Positions 36,398 through 45,175 of a stretch of DNA of 64,000 bases are shown piece by piece. The position numbers were made by a program, and so were the translations under genes. Numbering within the stretch: position 1 is the stretch's first letter; every line of letters begins with the position of its first letter. Source of the stretch: Terriglobia bacterium (GTDB lineage Bacteria; Acidobacteriota; Terriglobia; UBA7540); the NCBI GenBank assembly GCA_030040315.1, contig JASHTY010000350.1, positions 2,781-66,780 of the forward strand. The letters run 5' to 3'. The notes below the pieces were generated by a model. That model was not told where the DNA came from. It saw only the letters and a program-made list of their open reading frames with translations, and did no database searches.

Positions 36398-38158
36398 TCA
36401 ATCCGACGCAGCCGAATCAGAGCTTGCATGCCCTTGACGATTCACGCCGATAAACCCCATTTTTTCTAAATGGAGGAAGATCTCCTGGGCAGCCTCTTCA
36501 GGGGTGAGATTGCTTGTGTCGATCGCCACATCAGCATCAGTGGGCGGCTCGTATGGATCAGACACACCCGTAAATTGTTTCACCAGACCCGCCCGCGCCT
36601 TGGCATAAAGACCCTTTCGGTCGCGCGACTCGCAGACCTCAAGGGAAGTCGAGAGGTGGACAAGAATGAATCCGCCATTCGGTTGGATCATCGCCCTGAC
36701 TTCCTTGCGAATGGAATCGTATGGAGCGATTGGGGCGCAGATCGCGATTCCGCCATTCTTGGTAATTTCGGACGCCACAAAACCAATCCGCCGGATGTTG
36801 ATATCTCGATGCTCTCTCGAAAAGCCCAGCTCAGAAGAAAGGTGCTTGCGAACAATGTCGCCGTCCAGCAGGGTAACCGGACGTCCACTCATTTCCAGGA
36901 ATTTTACACGCAGCACGTTGGCGATGGTCGATTTTCCCGAGCCCGAAAGGCCGGTGAATAAAACCGTAAAGCCTTGTCGATGACGGGGGGGGTAGTCGCG
37001 CTGAAGTTCCTTGGCCACATCTGGAAAAGTAAACCACGATGGGATTTCACGGCCTTCGGAAAGACGCCGGCGCAACTCGGTGCCGGAAATACTGAGAGTT
37101 GCTGCACCTTTGGGGACCTCGTTATCGGGAACGTAGGCGTCCTGATCCGAAAGATACACCATCATGCTGAATGGCACCATGGTAACACCCAGCTCGGCCT
37201 GGTGCTTCCCCAGGAGTTCCTGCGCAGCGTATGGCCCATAAAAGGGTTTTCCGTTCTCATCATTTCCGGGGCCTGCATGGTCGCGTCCAACAATCAGGTG
37301 GCTGCATCCGTAGTTCTTCCGAATGATGGCATGCCACACAGCCTCACGTGGCCCCCCCATTCGCATTGCCAGCGGCAACAGCGCTAACCGGGCAGTATCC
37401 TTCGGATATCTCGAAAGGATGGCTTGATAGCATCGAACTCGGATGTAATACTCAACATCGCCGGGTTTGGTCATTCCCACGGAAGGATGTATGAGCAGGT
37501 TTGCTTCGACTTCTTTCGCCGCACGCAAAGTCAACTCCTGGTGGGCACGATGCATGGGGTTACGGGTCTGAAAAGCCACGATCCGGCGCCAGCCGAGGCG
37601 GATAAATTCCGCGCGAAGCTCAGCGGGAGTCAGGCGCAATGCGCGAAAGTCATAATGAGCTGGAAGCTGGAGGCCTTCCACGCGGCCACCCACGTACCAG
37701 GGATGAGTGTTTTTCATGATGTGGGCTGCGCCGGGATGAACGGCGCTCGTAGTTCCGTACACAGCCTCGACCTCCGCGTTGCGATCCGGCTGCCAAACAT
37801 CCTCCACGTGCAACGCGGCGACCATGACGCCTTCAGGATCGCGAAGGGCCACCGTTTTCCCCGCGCCAATCGACCTCGCGAATTCCTCGCTAACGTCCAA
37901 AACAATAGGTATGGGCCATAAAACGCCACTCTTCAGGCGCATGGAACAAGAAACGCCCTCATAGTCGGCGCGTGACATGAATCCGCAGAGCGGGGAAAAG
38001 CCGCCGTTCAATAGCAGCTCCACGTCACAGAGTTGCCGCGGGGTTAAATCCCAAGACGGCCATTCACGCGAAGCAGTTTGCAACTCGGCGCCTCGTTCCG
38101 GCGATGCGACAAGATTTATGAGTTCCCCACCATGAGGCGCGATTAAATGATCAACCAT
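36398..38158 (-). CDS. sat/cysC: bifunctional sulfate adenylyltransferase / adenylylsulfate kinase
   Basis: The ATP-sulfurylase motifs are QTRNPMHRAHQELT and VGRDHAG. The C-terminal APS kinase has the P-loop FTGLSGSGKSTIAN. Confidence 0.93.
   Translation of the reverse strand: MVDHLIAPHGGELINLVASPERGAELQTASREWPSWDLTPRQLCDVELLLNGGFSPLCGFMSRADYEGVSCSMRLKSGVLWPIPIVLDVSEEFARSIGAGKTVALRDPEGVMVAALHVEDVWQPDRNAEVEAVYGTTSAVHPGAAHIMKNTHPWYVGGRVEGLQLPAHYDFRALRLTPAELRAEFIRLGWRRIVAFQTRNPMHRAHQELTLRAAKEVEANLLIHPSVGMTKPGDVEYYIRVRCYQAILSRYPKDTARLALLPLAMRMGGPREAVWHAIIRKNYGCSHLIVGRDHAGPGNDENGKPFYGPYAAQELLGKHQAELGVTMVPFSMMVYLSDQDAYVPDNEVPKGAATLSISGTELRRRLSEGREIPSWFTFPDVAKELQRDYPPRHRQGFTVLFTGLSGSGKSTIANVLRVKFLEMSGRPVTLLDGDIVRKHLSSELGFSREHRDINIRRIGFVASEITKNGGIAICAPIAPYDSIRKEVRAMIQPNGGFILVHLSTSLEVCESRDRKGLYAKARAGLVKQFTGVSDPYEPPTDADVAIDTSNLTPEEAAQEIFLHLEKMGFIGVNRQGHASSDSAASD
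36985..36992. repeat. G8/C8 homopolymer inside sat/cysC at the domain junction
   Basis: The coding strand reads GAC TAC CCC CCC CGT CAT (…DYPPRH…), 10 codons before the APS-kinase P-loop. Confidence 0.9.
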
Positions 38159-38208
38159 ACTGTGAAACCTTCCTCCTGACTTGGTCCCACGCTAACCGGG
38201 CGGGAACC

Positions 38209-39183
38209 TTAGATCTTCAATGCACCTCGAAGCCACCGCTTGACGCCTTTTCCGGCAGATTCCGCTTTGAAGGCTATCGAGGCAGAGATCGAAATCGCTT
38301 TGTTACTAATCGCGGGCTTGTAACCTAGTTCCAGCATTAAGGGTCCTGCAAGGCGCTCAATCAGAGCAATTTCCCGCTTCGAAAGTTCCGAATGCCAACT
38401 GTCCGTTTTGCCGATCCTCCAGCTTTCTTTCCCCATTCTGGCTACATCGAAAGGAGCTCCGTCAAGTTTGCCCGCTTTCAGATTCTGGATACTGCATTCC
38501 TCGACGTAGCGCTGGCAATCGTCCAGGCTTGTCGGAATTCCCAAGCCGGTAAGAATACGGAACAGTGTCTCGGGACCCTCAGAGATCAAATCTTCGTACT
38601 TGACCTCAAGGTAGTTCGGCGTGTCCAGAGGGATTTTGCGTCCCCGGCGGACGTCGGCAATCCACCTTTCGCAGTTCGTGGAGATCCGTGGGGACGCCCA
38701 ATCCGCAGCCCAAGTCCTTGACGCCACGCGAAGTGAAGCCACCACTGACCGGGGATCACGAATGATATGGATGAAGTGAGCATCGGGCCAGGCGTCGAGA
38801 ATCTCCCTCGAACATTGCACGTGGGTGGGGGACTTGTCCAAAACGACCGTCGCGGAGGGCTTGCTCGTCGCAATTTTCGCGAAGACAAATCCCGAGGCAA
38901 GGCGCAATAAGGAGCGATATTCATCATCGTTCAGAACTTTCACCACGCCTACTTTTGCGCCGGTCCTTCGATCATCAGTCCATCGTTCAACCATTGACCG
39001 CAAAAACGCACTGAATAAGTGCGTCTCTTGAGCAGTCACCACCGAAGGGGATCGGGCAAGCAGGAGTTGAAGCCATGTCGTGCCACTGCGCGGTGCGCCG
39101 ACGAGAAATGCCAGTTTCTTGCCGTGGAGTATTTCTTCGGCCCGGTCCAGAGTGGGCGTCATTGCTCGAAGGTCGTTTTCCAT
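38209..39183 (-). CDS. sulfotransferase family protein
   Basis: The 5'-PSB-type loop is LVGAPRSGTTWLQLLL and the 3'-PB-type motif is IHIIRDPRSVVAS. Confidence 0.85.
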   Translation of the reverse strand: MENDLRAMTPTLDRAEEILHGKKLAFLVGAPRSGTTWLQLLLARSPSVVTAQETHLFSAFLRSMVERWTDDRRTGAKVGVVKVLNDDEYRSLLRLASGFVFAKIATSKPSATVVLDKSPTHVQCSREILDAWPDAHFIHIIRDPRSVVASLRVASRTWAADWASPRISTNCERWIADVRRGRKIPLDTPNYLEVKYEDLISEGPETLFRILTGLGIPTSLDDCQRYVEECSIQNLKAGKLDGAPFDVARMGKESWRIGKTDSWHSELSKREIALIERLAGPLMLELGYKPAISNKAISISASIAFKAESAGKGVKRWLRGALKI

Positions 39184-39290
39184 TTTGTTCCCGAAGGCGG
39201 TTCCTATTATTTTCGACGGCGATTTCCCAGTGTAAAGTCACTTGGGTGCCCGGAAATTGCACCCTCGCCGTGGCGGGGATAATCCGGACG

Positions 39291-40085
39291 CTAGGTGCCA
39301 TCCTTTACGAATATTAAATATTCACTTTGACCCGGCAGGTTTGGGGCCAGGAAGCTCGCATGCAAAGCGCACCCTCGCTGGCCAAAGTAGGAGATCAGCA
39401 AATCTCGTGGAATCACGCACCGGGAATAGGTGCGGCATGCAATCCACTTCTCGATCGTTTCGTCATTCATGCACCTGTCCGAGACGACATCAAAAACGAT
39501 CTGCCCCCCTGGCCGGACGACGCGGACCATCTCCTTGAAGTATTGGAAGGTTACTACAAATGGGAGATAAACAAACACTTTGTGCGCATGAACCAGTTCC
39601 ATCGATCCACTCGCGGTGTCGCGCAGACTTGTGCCGTCCGCCTCGCGGGCGATCACATGATATGTCCGCGCCAGCCAATTCGACCACTCCGGGTCAGTTT
39701 CATATATTTCGTAAGAATGCGGGGCGCACATTTTCTGGACGATATCAAGGTAACGGCCGGAACCCGGGCCGATTTCACATATGCTGTCAATCTTCCCCTG
39801 GAACACGCCGAAACCCGCCATCTGATCGACTGTCGCCTGTGTTGTCCCGGGCACGTGATACTTCGAGTCAATGTAATCTCCAACTGACAATCCCGCTTTC
39901 CTTGCGCCATCCAGCGTCTCACGAAATGGGATAAACGACCTTACCGCGTCCCTCTCACCAGGACGTACCAATTGAAACCCCGTCCGGCCCAGCAGGGCAT
40001 TAAACTTATTGCGAGCAGCTTTGCGATAGGTACTCATCTTTTCTTCATGGGAGGCCAGGGCGCAAAAACCGATGCGGCGTACCAC
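39291..40085 (-). CDS. class I SAM-dependent methyltransferase
   Basis: The EIGPGSGRY glycine-rich SAM loop, with a later acidic/VRPGG block. The start is GTG at 40085, with an ATG alternative at 40037. Confidence 0.72.
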   Translation of the reverse strand: MVRRIGFCALASHEEKMSTYRKAARNKFNALLGRTGFQLVRPGERDAVRSFIPFRETLDGARKAGLSVGDYIDSKYHVPGTTQATVDQMAGFGVFQGKIDSICEIGPGSGRYLDIVQKMCAPHSYEIYETDPEWSNWLARTYHVIAREADGTSLRDTASGSMELVHAHKVFVYLPFVVTFQYFKEMVRVVRPGGQIVFDVVSDRCMNDETIEKWIACRTYSRCVIPRDLLISYFGQRGCALHASFLAPNLPGQSEYLIFVKDGT

Positions 40086-40121
40086 GCCTGCAAAAGAAGG
40101 TAGGCGGGAAAAGCGAACTGC

Positions 40122-41393
40122 TTATTTGACCTCCAACTTTCCACTGCCGCTACCTTCGCTTACCAGACCTGTAAGACTTTTTTCCCAAGCTGGATGGACC
40201 TCCTGCCGTGTAACTTTCGGAAAGCAATTTACACCGCCTCTCACGTCTTCGTCGTGACTGACGTAGATGGTTACCGCAGGCTCCCACCTGTCATAACTTG
40301 TCTGAGTATCGTACCGGAATACGCCAACGCAAGGGTGAAACATGCCAGCCGTCATATTCAGGCTGAGTTCAAATGTGCAAGTGAAAACTTCCCCGGCCTC
40401 CAGGTTAAAGTTGCCATGGCCGAGCCGTTCGGTCGAAGTGTTGAACACCACCTGATGCTCCTCATCCTTGATGTAGAACTGAACCGCCAGCTTCTTGCAG
40501 AGCGATCGTCCAGTGACTTCTATGTCGATCCAGACTTTATCACCCGACTGAAAGCGCGTGCCTTCACCATGCTCGTCCCGAATTCTTACGCTTGTAATAA
40601 GGGCCTGCTTTTCGCTGACGTCCTGCAGCGTGCTCAACTGGGCCCGGTTCAAATAGGTGGAAATGACCTCCTCAACGGGACCGATTTTCAGCACACGGCC
40701 GCGGTCCAGAAAGAGGCACCTCTGGCAGAATTCGGACACCGTTTTCATGTTATGCGATACGAACAAAACCGTTGCCCCGCCCCGGATCACTTCCTTCATG
40801 CGCTCCACACATCTGCGCTGGAAAGCCCAATCTCCCACACTCAAGACTTCATCCACCAGCAGGACGTCAGGGTTCACATGACAGGCAACAGAAAAACCCA
40901 GGCGTGCATACATTCCTGACGAGTATCTCTTCACAGGCGTATCGATGAATTCCTCCAGCCCGGAGAATCCAACAATATCGTCGAACTTGGCCGTAATCTC
41001 CGCACGAGTCATACCCAAAATGGCGCCGTACAGATAGATATTTTCTCGCCCCGTCAGGTCCTGGTGGAAGCCTGCCGCCAACTCGATCAGGGCCGATACT
41101 CTGCCCTTAACCTGAAATGTGCCGCGGCTTGGCTTCATGACGCGGCTTAGAAGCTTCAACATGGTGCTCTTCCCTGCCCCATTGTGGCCAATGATGCCGA
41201 AGGCTTCGCCCTCGGCCACTTCGAACGAAATGTCTCGCAATGCCCAGAACTCCCGCCGGTCGCTTTCACTCAGGTCTTCCTGACGGAACATCCGTCCCGT
41301 CAAGGCGGGTATGAGGTCGCGCAGGGAATTAAAGACCTCGCCTTTATGGAATTTCTTGTAAACGTGCTCCATTCGGAGCGCAACATCAGCCAT
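40122..41393 (-). CDS. wzt: polysaccharide ABC exporter ATP-binding protein with C-terminal Wzt-type carbohydrate-binding domain
   Basis: It has Walker A GHNGAGKST, signature YSSGMYARLGF (Wzt/TagH/KpsT style) and Walker B LLVDEV, plus a beta-rich C-terminal extension of about 170 aa. Confidence 0.88.
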   Translation of the reverse strand: MADVALRMEHVYKKFHKGEVFNSLRDLIPALTGRMFRQEDLSESDRREFWALRDISFEVAEGEAFGIIGHNGAGKSTMLKLLSRVMKPSRGTFQVKGRVSALIELAAGFHQDLTGRENIYLYGAILGMTRAEITAKFDDIVGFSGLEEFIDTPVKRYSSGMYARLGFSVACHVNPDVLLVDEVLSVGDWAFQRRCVERMKEVIRGGATVLFVSHNMKTVSEFCQRCLFLDRGRVLKIGPVEEVISTYLNRAQLSTLQDVSEKQALITSVRIRDEHGEGTRFQSGDKVWIDIEVTGRSLCKKLAVQFYIKDEEHQVVFNTSTERLGHGNFNLEAGEVFTCTFELSLNMTAGMFHPCVGVFRYDTQTSYDRWEPAVTIYVSHDEDVRGGVNCFPKVTRQEVHPAWEKSLTGLVSEGSGSGKLEVK

Positions 41394-41462
41394 AAGACTA
41401 AACTTTCAAGTCGCTATCGGTGAATTGGAAAAAATGTTCCCCAAAGGCAAAACGGCTCTTCG

Positions 41463-42248
41463 TCAGATACTCTCCGCAAATGCCGGCTCAAGATGTTTGA
41501 AGAAAACGTACCCACCGAGAATAGCCACAAGACCAAAGCCGAGGCTGTATCCGAGCCAGCGAAGGTCCGGCGGCTCATGCAACGCGACACATGCGCTGAG
41601 TCCGTCCAGGATAGGAGCGATGGGGTTAAGCAACAGCCATTTTCCCTTTGCGCCCAGCATGCTGGTGTCGTAAAAGACCGGTGTAAAAAAAATCCCAAAG
41701 GTCAGCAGGATTTCCACGATGTACTTCACATCCCGAAAAAACAGGCTTGCGGCAGAGACGATCATGCCGACGCCGGCGGCCAAGATCACCATCATCGCGA
41801 TCAACACAGGAGTCCAGAGGAGGTACACACTCCAGCCGATCCGAAAGGCCAGGAGTAAAGCAATCAGCGCCACGGAAGCCACAAGAAAATCGAACAGGCT
41901 GGCCAGCACCGCGGCCATCGGAAAAATCTCTTTTGGGAAATAAACCTTGGTCACCAGGTTTGGATTGAGGACGAGGCTGTTGCAGCCGAACCTGATGCTG
42001 GAAACCAGAAACGCCCAGGGCAGCGATTTGACGGCAACGCTGGCGATGTCGGAAGGCTCCAGATGTTTGCCTGCGATCAGGACATACCCGTACCGAACCA
42101 GGACCCCGGCCATAACAATCAGAACAGGCATCAAAATCGCCCAGAGAAACCCCATCACCGATTGCTTGTACCGAACCTTGATGTCGCGGTAGGCAAGCAT
42201 GTAGAGAAGCTCCCGGTATTTGATCAGCTCGCGAAGATTCTCTCTCAC
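41463..42248 (-). CDS. wzm: ABC-2 type polysaccharide exporter permease
   Basis: The N-terminus is ELIKYRELLYMLAYRDIKVRYKQSVMGFLWAIL, with 6 TM segments and a length of 261 aa. Confidence 0.88.
   Translation of the reverse strand: MRENLRELIKYRELLYMLAYRDIKVRYKQSVMGFLWAILMPVLIVMAGVLVRYGYVLIAGKHLEPSDIASVAVKSLPWAFLVSSIRFGCNSLVLNPNLVTKVYFPKEIFPMAAVLASLFDFLVASVALIALLLAFRIGWSVYLLWTPVLIAMMVILAAGVGMIVSAASLFFRDVKYIVEILLTFGIFFTPVFYDTSMLGAKGKWLLLNPIAPILDGLSACVALHEPPDLRWLGYSLGFGLVAILGGYVFFKHLEPAFAESI
41685..41692. repeat. A8/T8 homopolymer inside wzm
   Basis: The coding strand reads GGG ATT TTT TTT ACA (G-I-F-F-T). Confidence 0.9.
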
Positions 42249-42321
42249 CTTGACGTTCTCCCCACACTTGCCGTTTCACATCCAGCCATATTGGATATCA
42301 TAGACCTGATCAGGATCGCTC

Positions 42322-43686
42322 CTAATTAAACCTTCGATTAACCGGTTTCACCGGCCGTCCGTGCAAATGTTTGTCAATCCCCTCATCCAGGGCCTTGCGA
42401 TAAATGATGTGCGCCTCGTACACTGCCTCCGCGGTCCGATCGATATCCTGGTCGGTATGCGAGAAGCTCATCACAAACGATGGGGCAATGATGCCTCGCC
42501 GGATCAATTCCTGCAGGAACAGCGTGCGGAAAGCCTCCGACCGCTTGCCGTCCTGGTCCCGAGTTGCAAAAACCAGGTTGCAAGGCCGCCCGATCATTTC
42601 AAAAAATCCCTGCAGGCGGTTTTCCGAAACCGACCGGTTCACGAGCGCGCGCAGGCGCTCACCCTGCCGCCAAAGATGTTCCACCACCTTACGCTCACGG
42701 TAAATCCGCAGCGTTTCCAAGGAAGCCGCCAACGCATGACCTTCTGCGCCATGGGTCGTGGAGAGCAAGAAGACCCTGGGCTGGTCGTGGTCCAACCCGC
42801 CCAACCGCATGATCTCCCGCTTGCCCGCCAGCGCGGCGATGGCAAATCCGTTCCCGAGCGCTTTGCCGAATGTGGACAAATGCGGAACGACGCCATGAAA
42901 CTTTTGCGCCCCGCCCAGGTGCCAGCGAAATCCTGTAATCATCTCGTCGAAGATCAGAACGGCTCCACGCTCCTCGCACAGGGCCTTGACGCCGCTCAGG
43001 TAGCAGGGCTCGGGCGGGACATCGGCTTCCGCCTCGAATAAAACGCAGGCAATCCGCCCGGGAAACCGGTCGAAAAGGTCGCGCAAACTCTCCAGGTTGT
43101 TGTAGCGGAACTTCAATGTCATTTCCCTGATGACCTCAGGAATTCCCGCATTCATCTGCATCGTTCCGATAAACCAATCGTCGAATGAATAGAATGGCTG
43201 ATCACCGCAAATTGCGATCAGATCCCGGCCGGTATATGCGCGGGCCAGTTTCACGGCCGCGGTGGTGACGTCGGAGCCGTTCTTGGCAAACTTCACCATG
43301 TCAGCTCCGTCGATCACCTCCAATACCGCCTCCGCAAGTTCGATTTCGACCGCTGCCGGCCGGGTGAAGTTGACGCCACGCTGCATTTGGCGATACGCCG
43401 CTTCAACAACTGGCTCGTAGGCATGTCCAAGGGTGACGGCGCGCAATCCCATTCCGTATTCGATGAACTCATTTCCATCGATGTCCCACACGTGGCAGCC
43501 CTTGCCGCGCTCGATGAATCCCGGAGCCATTTCCGGGAACTGATCGTCGCCTTTTGCATACGTATGCGCTCCGCCCGGAATGAGCTTGTGAGCCTTCGGC
43601 CGAAGGGCGCGCGAATTCGGATAGTCCCGCTGGGGAGAGGGGGCTGCAACCGCCGGCCCGCCCGTTGGGTTTTCAACCTTGGCCAC
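42322..43686 (-). CDS. class III (glutamate-1-semialdehyde aminomutase-like) PLP aminotransferase
   Basis: LIFDEMITGFR and STFGKALGNG (PLP lysine) motifs. Length is 454 aa. Confidence 0.88.
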   Translation of the reverse strand: MAKVENPTGGPAVAAPSPQRDYPNSRALRPKAHKLIPGGAHTYAKGDDQFPEMAPGFIERGKGCHVWDIDGNEFIEYGMGLRAVTLGHAYEPVVEAAYRQMQRGVNFTRPAAVEIELAEAVLEVIDGADMVKFAKNGSDVTTAAVKLARAYTGRDLIAICGDQPFYSFDDWFIGTMQMNAGIPEVIREMTLKFRYNNLESLRDLFDRFPGRIACVLFEAEADVPPEPCYLSGVKALCEERGAVLIFDEMITGFRWHLGGAQKFHGVVPHLSTFGKALGNGFAIAALAGKREIMRLGGLDHDQPRVFLLSTTHGAEGHALAASLETLRIYRERKVVEHLWRQGERLRALVNRSVSENRLQGFFEMIGRPCNLVFATRDQDGKRSEAFRTLFLQELIRRGIIAPSFVMSFSHTDQDIDRTAEAVYEAHIIYRKALDEGIDKHLHGRPVKPVNRRFN

Positions 43687-43700
43687 AACACGTTCCTCAG

Positions 43701-44363
43701 TTAAACGGCGGACTTAAGAATTACCTTCCGGGCGTAAAAGGCCTCTGCCAGACCGCTGGGGGAGTTCGACTCCATGCCTCTGATGCGCATCAAGCCCATA
43801 AATGTAGACCGGTCGAACCACTTCTTCGCTTGCTGGGACCCGAAGGCTTCAAACAGAATATCGACCTTGCGTTCGCACAGCCGCTCCTCAAGAGGCACAA
43901 AAAAGTTGGGACGCCCCAGATCGCCGTCCCACTTCGGGATCTCATACTCGAGGATCAGATGATTCCGGAAAGTATTCCAGGTCAACTCTGAAAGCAGCCG
44001 GTGATCCTGGTGAGCATCGCCTTGCCAGTGGGTAAAGACCAGGTCCGGATTCACCCGGCCCTTAAGTTCTTCGAAGAATTCCTTCACCTCGCTGCCGTTG
44101 TAAGGCAGAAATCCATCCCGGCAGGTTTTGAGAAGTAGCTCCTTTTCGCACCCGGCAGTGAACAATTCAGCGGCCTTCGTTGCTTCCGCCCCGCGGACTC
44201 CCGGAGCGCTGAAAACCACCCAGGAAAATTTTATGTTGGGAAGAGTCTTCTGAAGATGGAGCAGAGTTCCACCGCAGCCAATCTCGATGTCGTCCGCATG
44301 GGCGCCCAGGCAGAGTACAACGGTCTGACCCGAATCCTTCCCCGAAAGGCTCAGCCTCATCAC
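43701..44363 (-). CDS. PIG-L/LmbE family N-deacetylase
   Basis: The VLCLGAHADDIEIGCGGT motif. Its start overlaps the rfbF stop by 4 nt. Confidence 0.85.
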   Translation of the reverse strand: MMRLSLSGKDSGQTVVLCLGAHADDIEIGCGGTLLHLQKTLPNIKFSWVVFSAPGVRGAEATKAAELFTAGCEKELLLKTCRDGFLPYNGSEVKEFFEELKGRVNPDLVFTHWQGDAHQDHRLLSELTWNTFRNHLILEYEIPKWDGDLGRPNFFVPLEERLCERKVDILFEAFGSQQAKKWFDRSTFMGLMRIRGMESNSPSGLAEAFYARKVILKSAV

Positions 44364-45166
44364 GCCACGACCCGCGTCGCGGTTTTACCATTTTTCCACA
44401 AGCACCAGGGGGCCTCGCCGCTGGCTTCGAGCTCATCCAGGATCTGCTTGTCTCGAAAGGTATCCATGCACTGCCAGAATCCAGTGTACCGCATTGACCA
44501 GACCTTGCCCTCCGCAATCAAGCGGCGGAGGGGTTCGTAGACCAACTCCTCCTTGGGTTTTATGTACCGGAAAATGTCCCGGCGCAGCACGAAGTAACCG
44601 CCATTTACCCAGATGTCCGATTCCTTCATCGTCTTGATCGCCCGCACCGAACCATCCTCACTCATCTGGACCGTATCCAGGCTGCTGGTGCGCGGTTGTA
44701 CGGATAGAAATGCTGCGGTGCCGTCGCGCCGGCCGAACTCGCCGATCAATTCGGGCAGCGGGTAATCCGTCAGGCCGTCGCTGTAATTGGCGAGAAAAAC
44801 CTCATCCTTGCCGATGTGAGGCTCGACCAGCCGAAGCCGGTCGGCGATGGTGGAGTGCAAACCGGTATCCACAAAGGTTATCGTCCAGTCGTCGATGTCG
44901 CGCTGCGTGAATTCAAGCTTCCTGCCGCCCTGCGAAAAAACAAAGTCGTTGGAAACGGATTCTTCGTACTGCAGAAAGTAATCTTTGATGGAGTTTGCCT
45001 TGTAACCGAGGCAGAGGATGAACTCCTTGTGGCCAAAGTGGGCGTAATACTTCATCACGTGCCACAAGACGGGGCGCGAGCCGATGGTTACCATGGGTTT
45101 CGGAACGTCCTCCGAATAACCCCGCAAGCGCATTCCCGCTCCGCCGCAGAATAATACGACTTTCAT
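44360..45166 (-). CDS. rfbF: glucose-1-phosphate cytidylyltransferase
   Basis: MKVVLFCGGAGMRLRGYSEDVPKPMVTIGSRPVLWHVMKYYAHFGHKEFILCLGYKA closely follows the RfbF/DdhA N-terminus. Confidence 0.9.
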   Translation of the reverse strand: MKVVLFCGGAGMRLRGYSEDVPKPMVTIGSRPVLWHVMKYYAHFGHKEFILCLGYKANSIKDYFLQYEESVSNDFVFSQGGRKLEFTQRDIDDWTITFVDTGLHSTIADRLRLVEPHIGKDEVFLANYSDGLTDYPLPELIGEFGRRDGTAAFLSVQPRTSSLDTVQMSEDGSVRAIKTMKESDIWVNGGYFVLRRDIFRYIKPKEELVYEPLRRLIAEGKVWSMRYTGFWQCMDTFRDKQILDELEASGEAPWCLWKNGKTATRVVA

Positions 45167-45175
45167 ATTCCCCCC

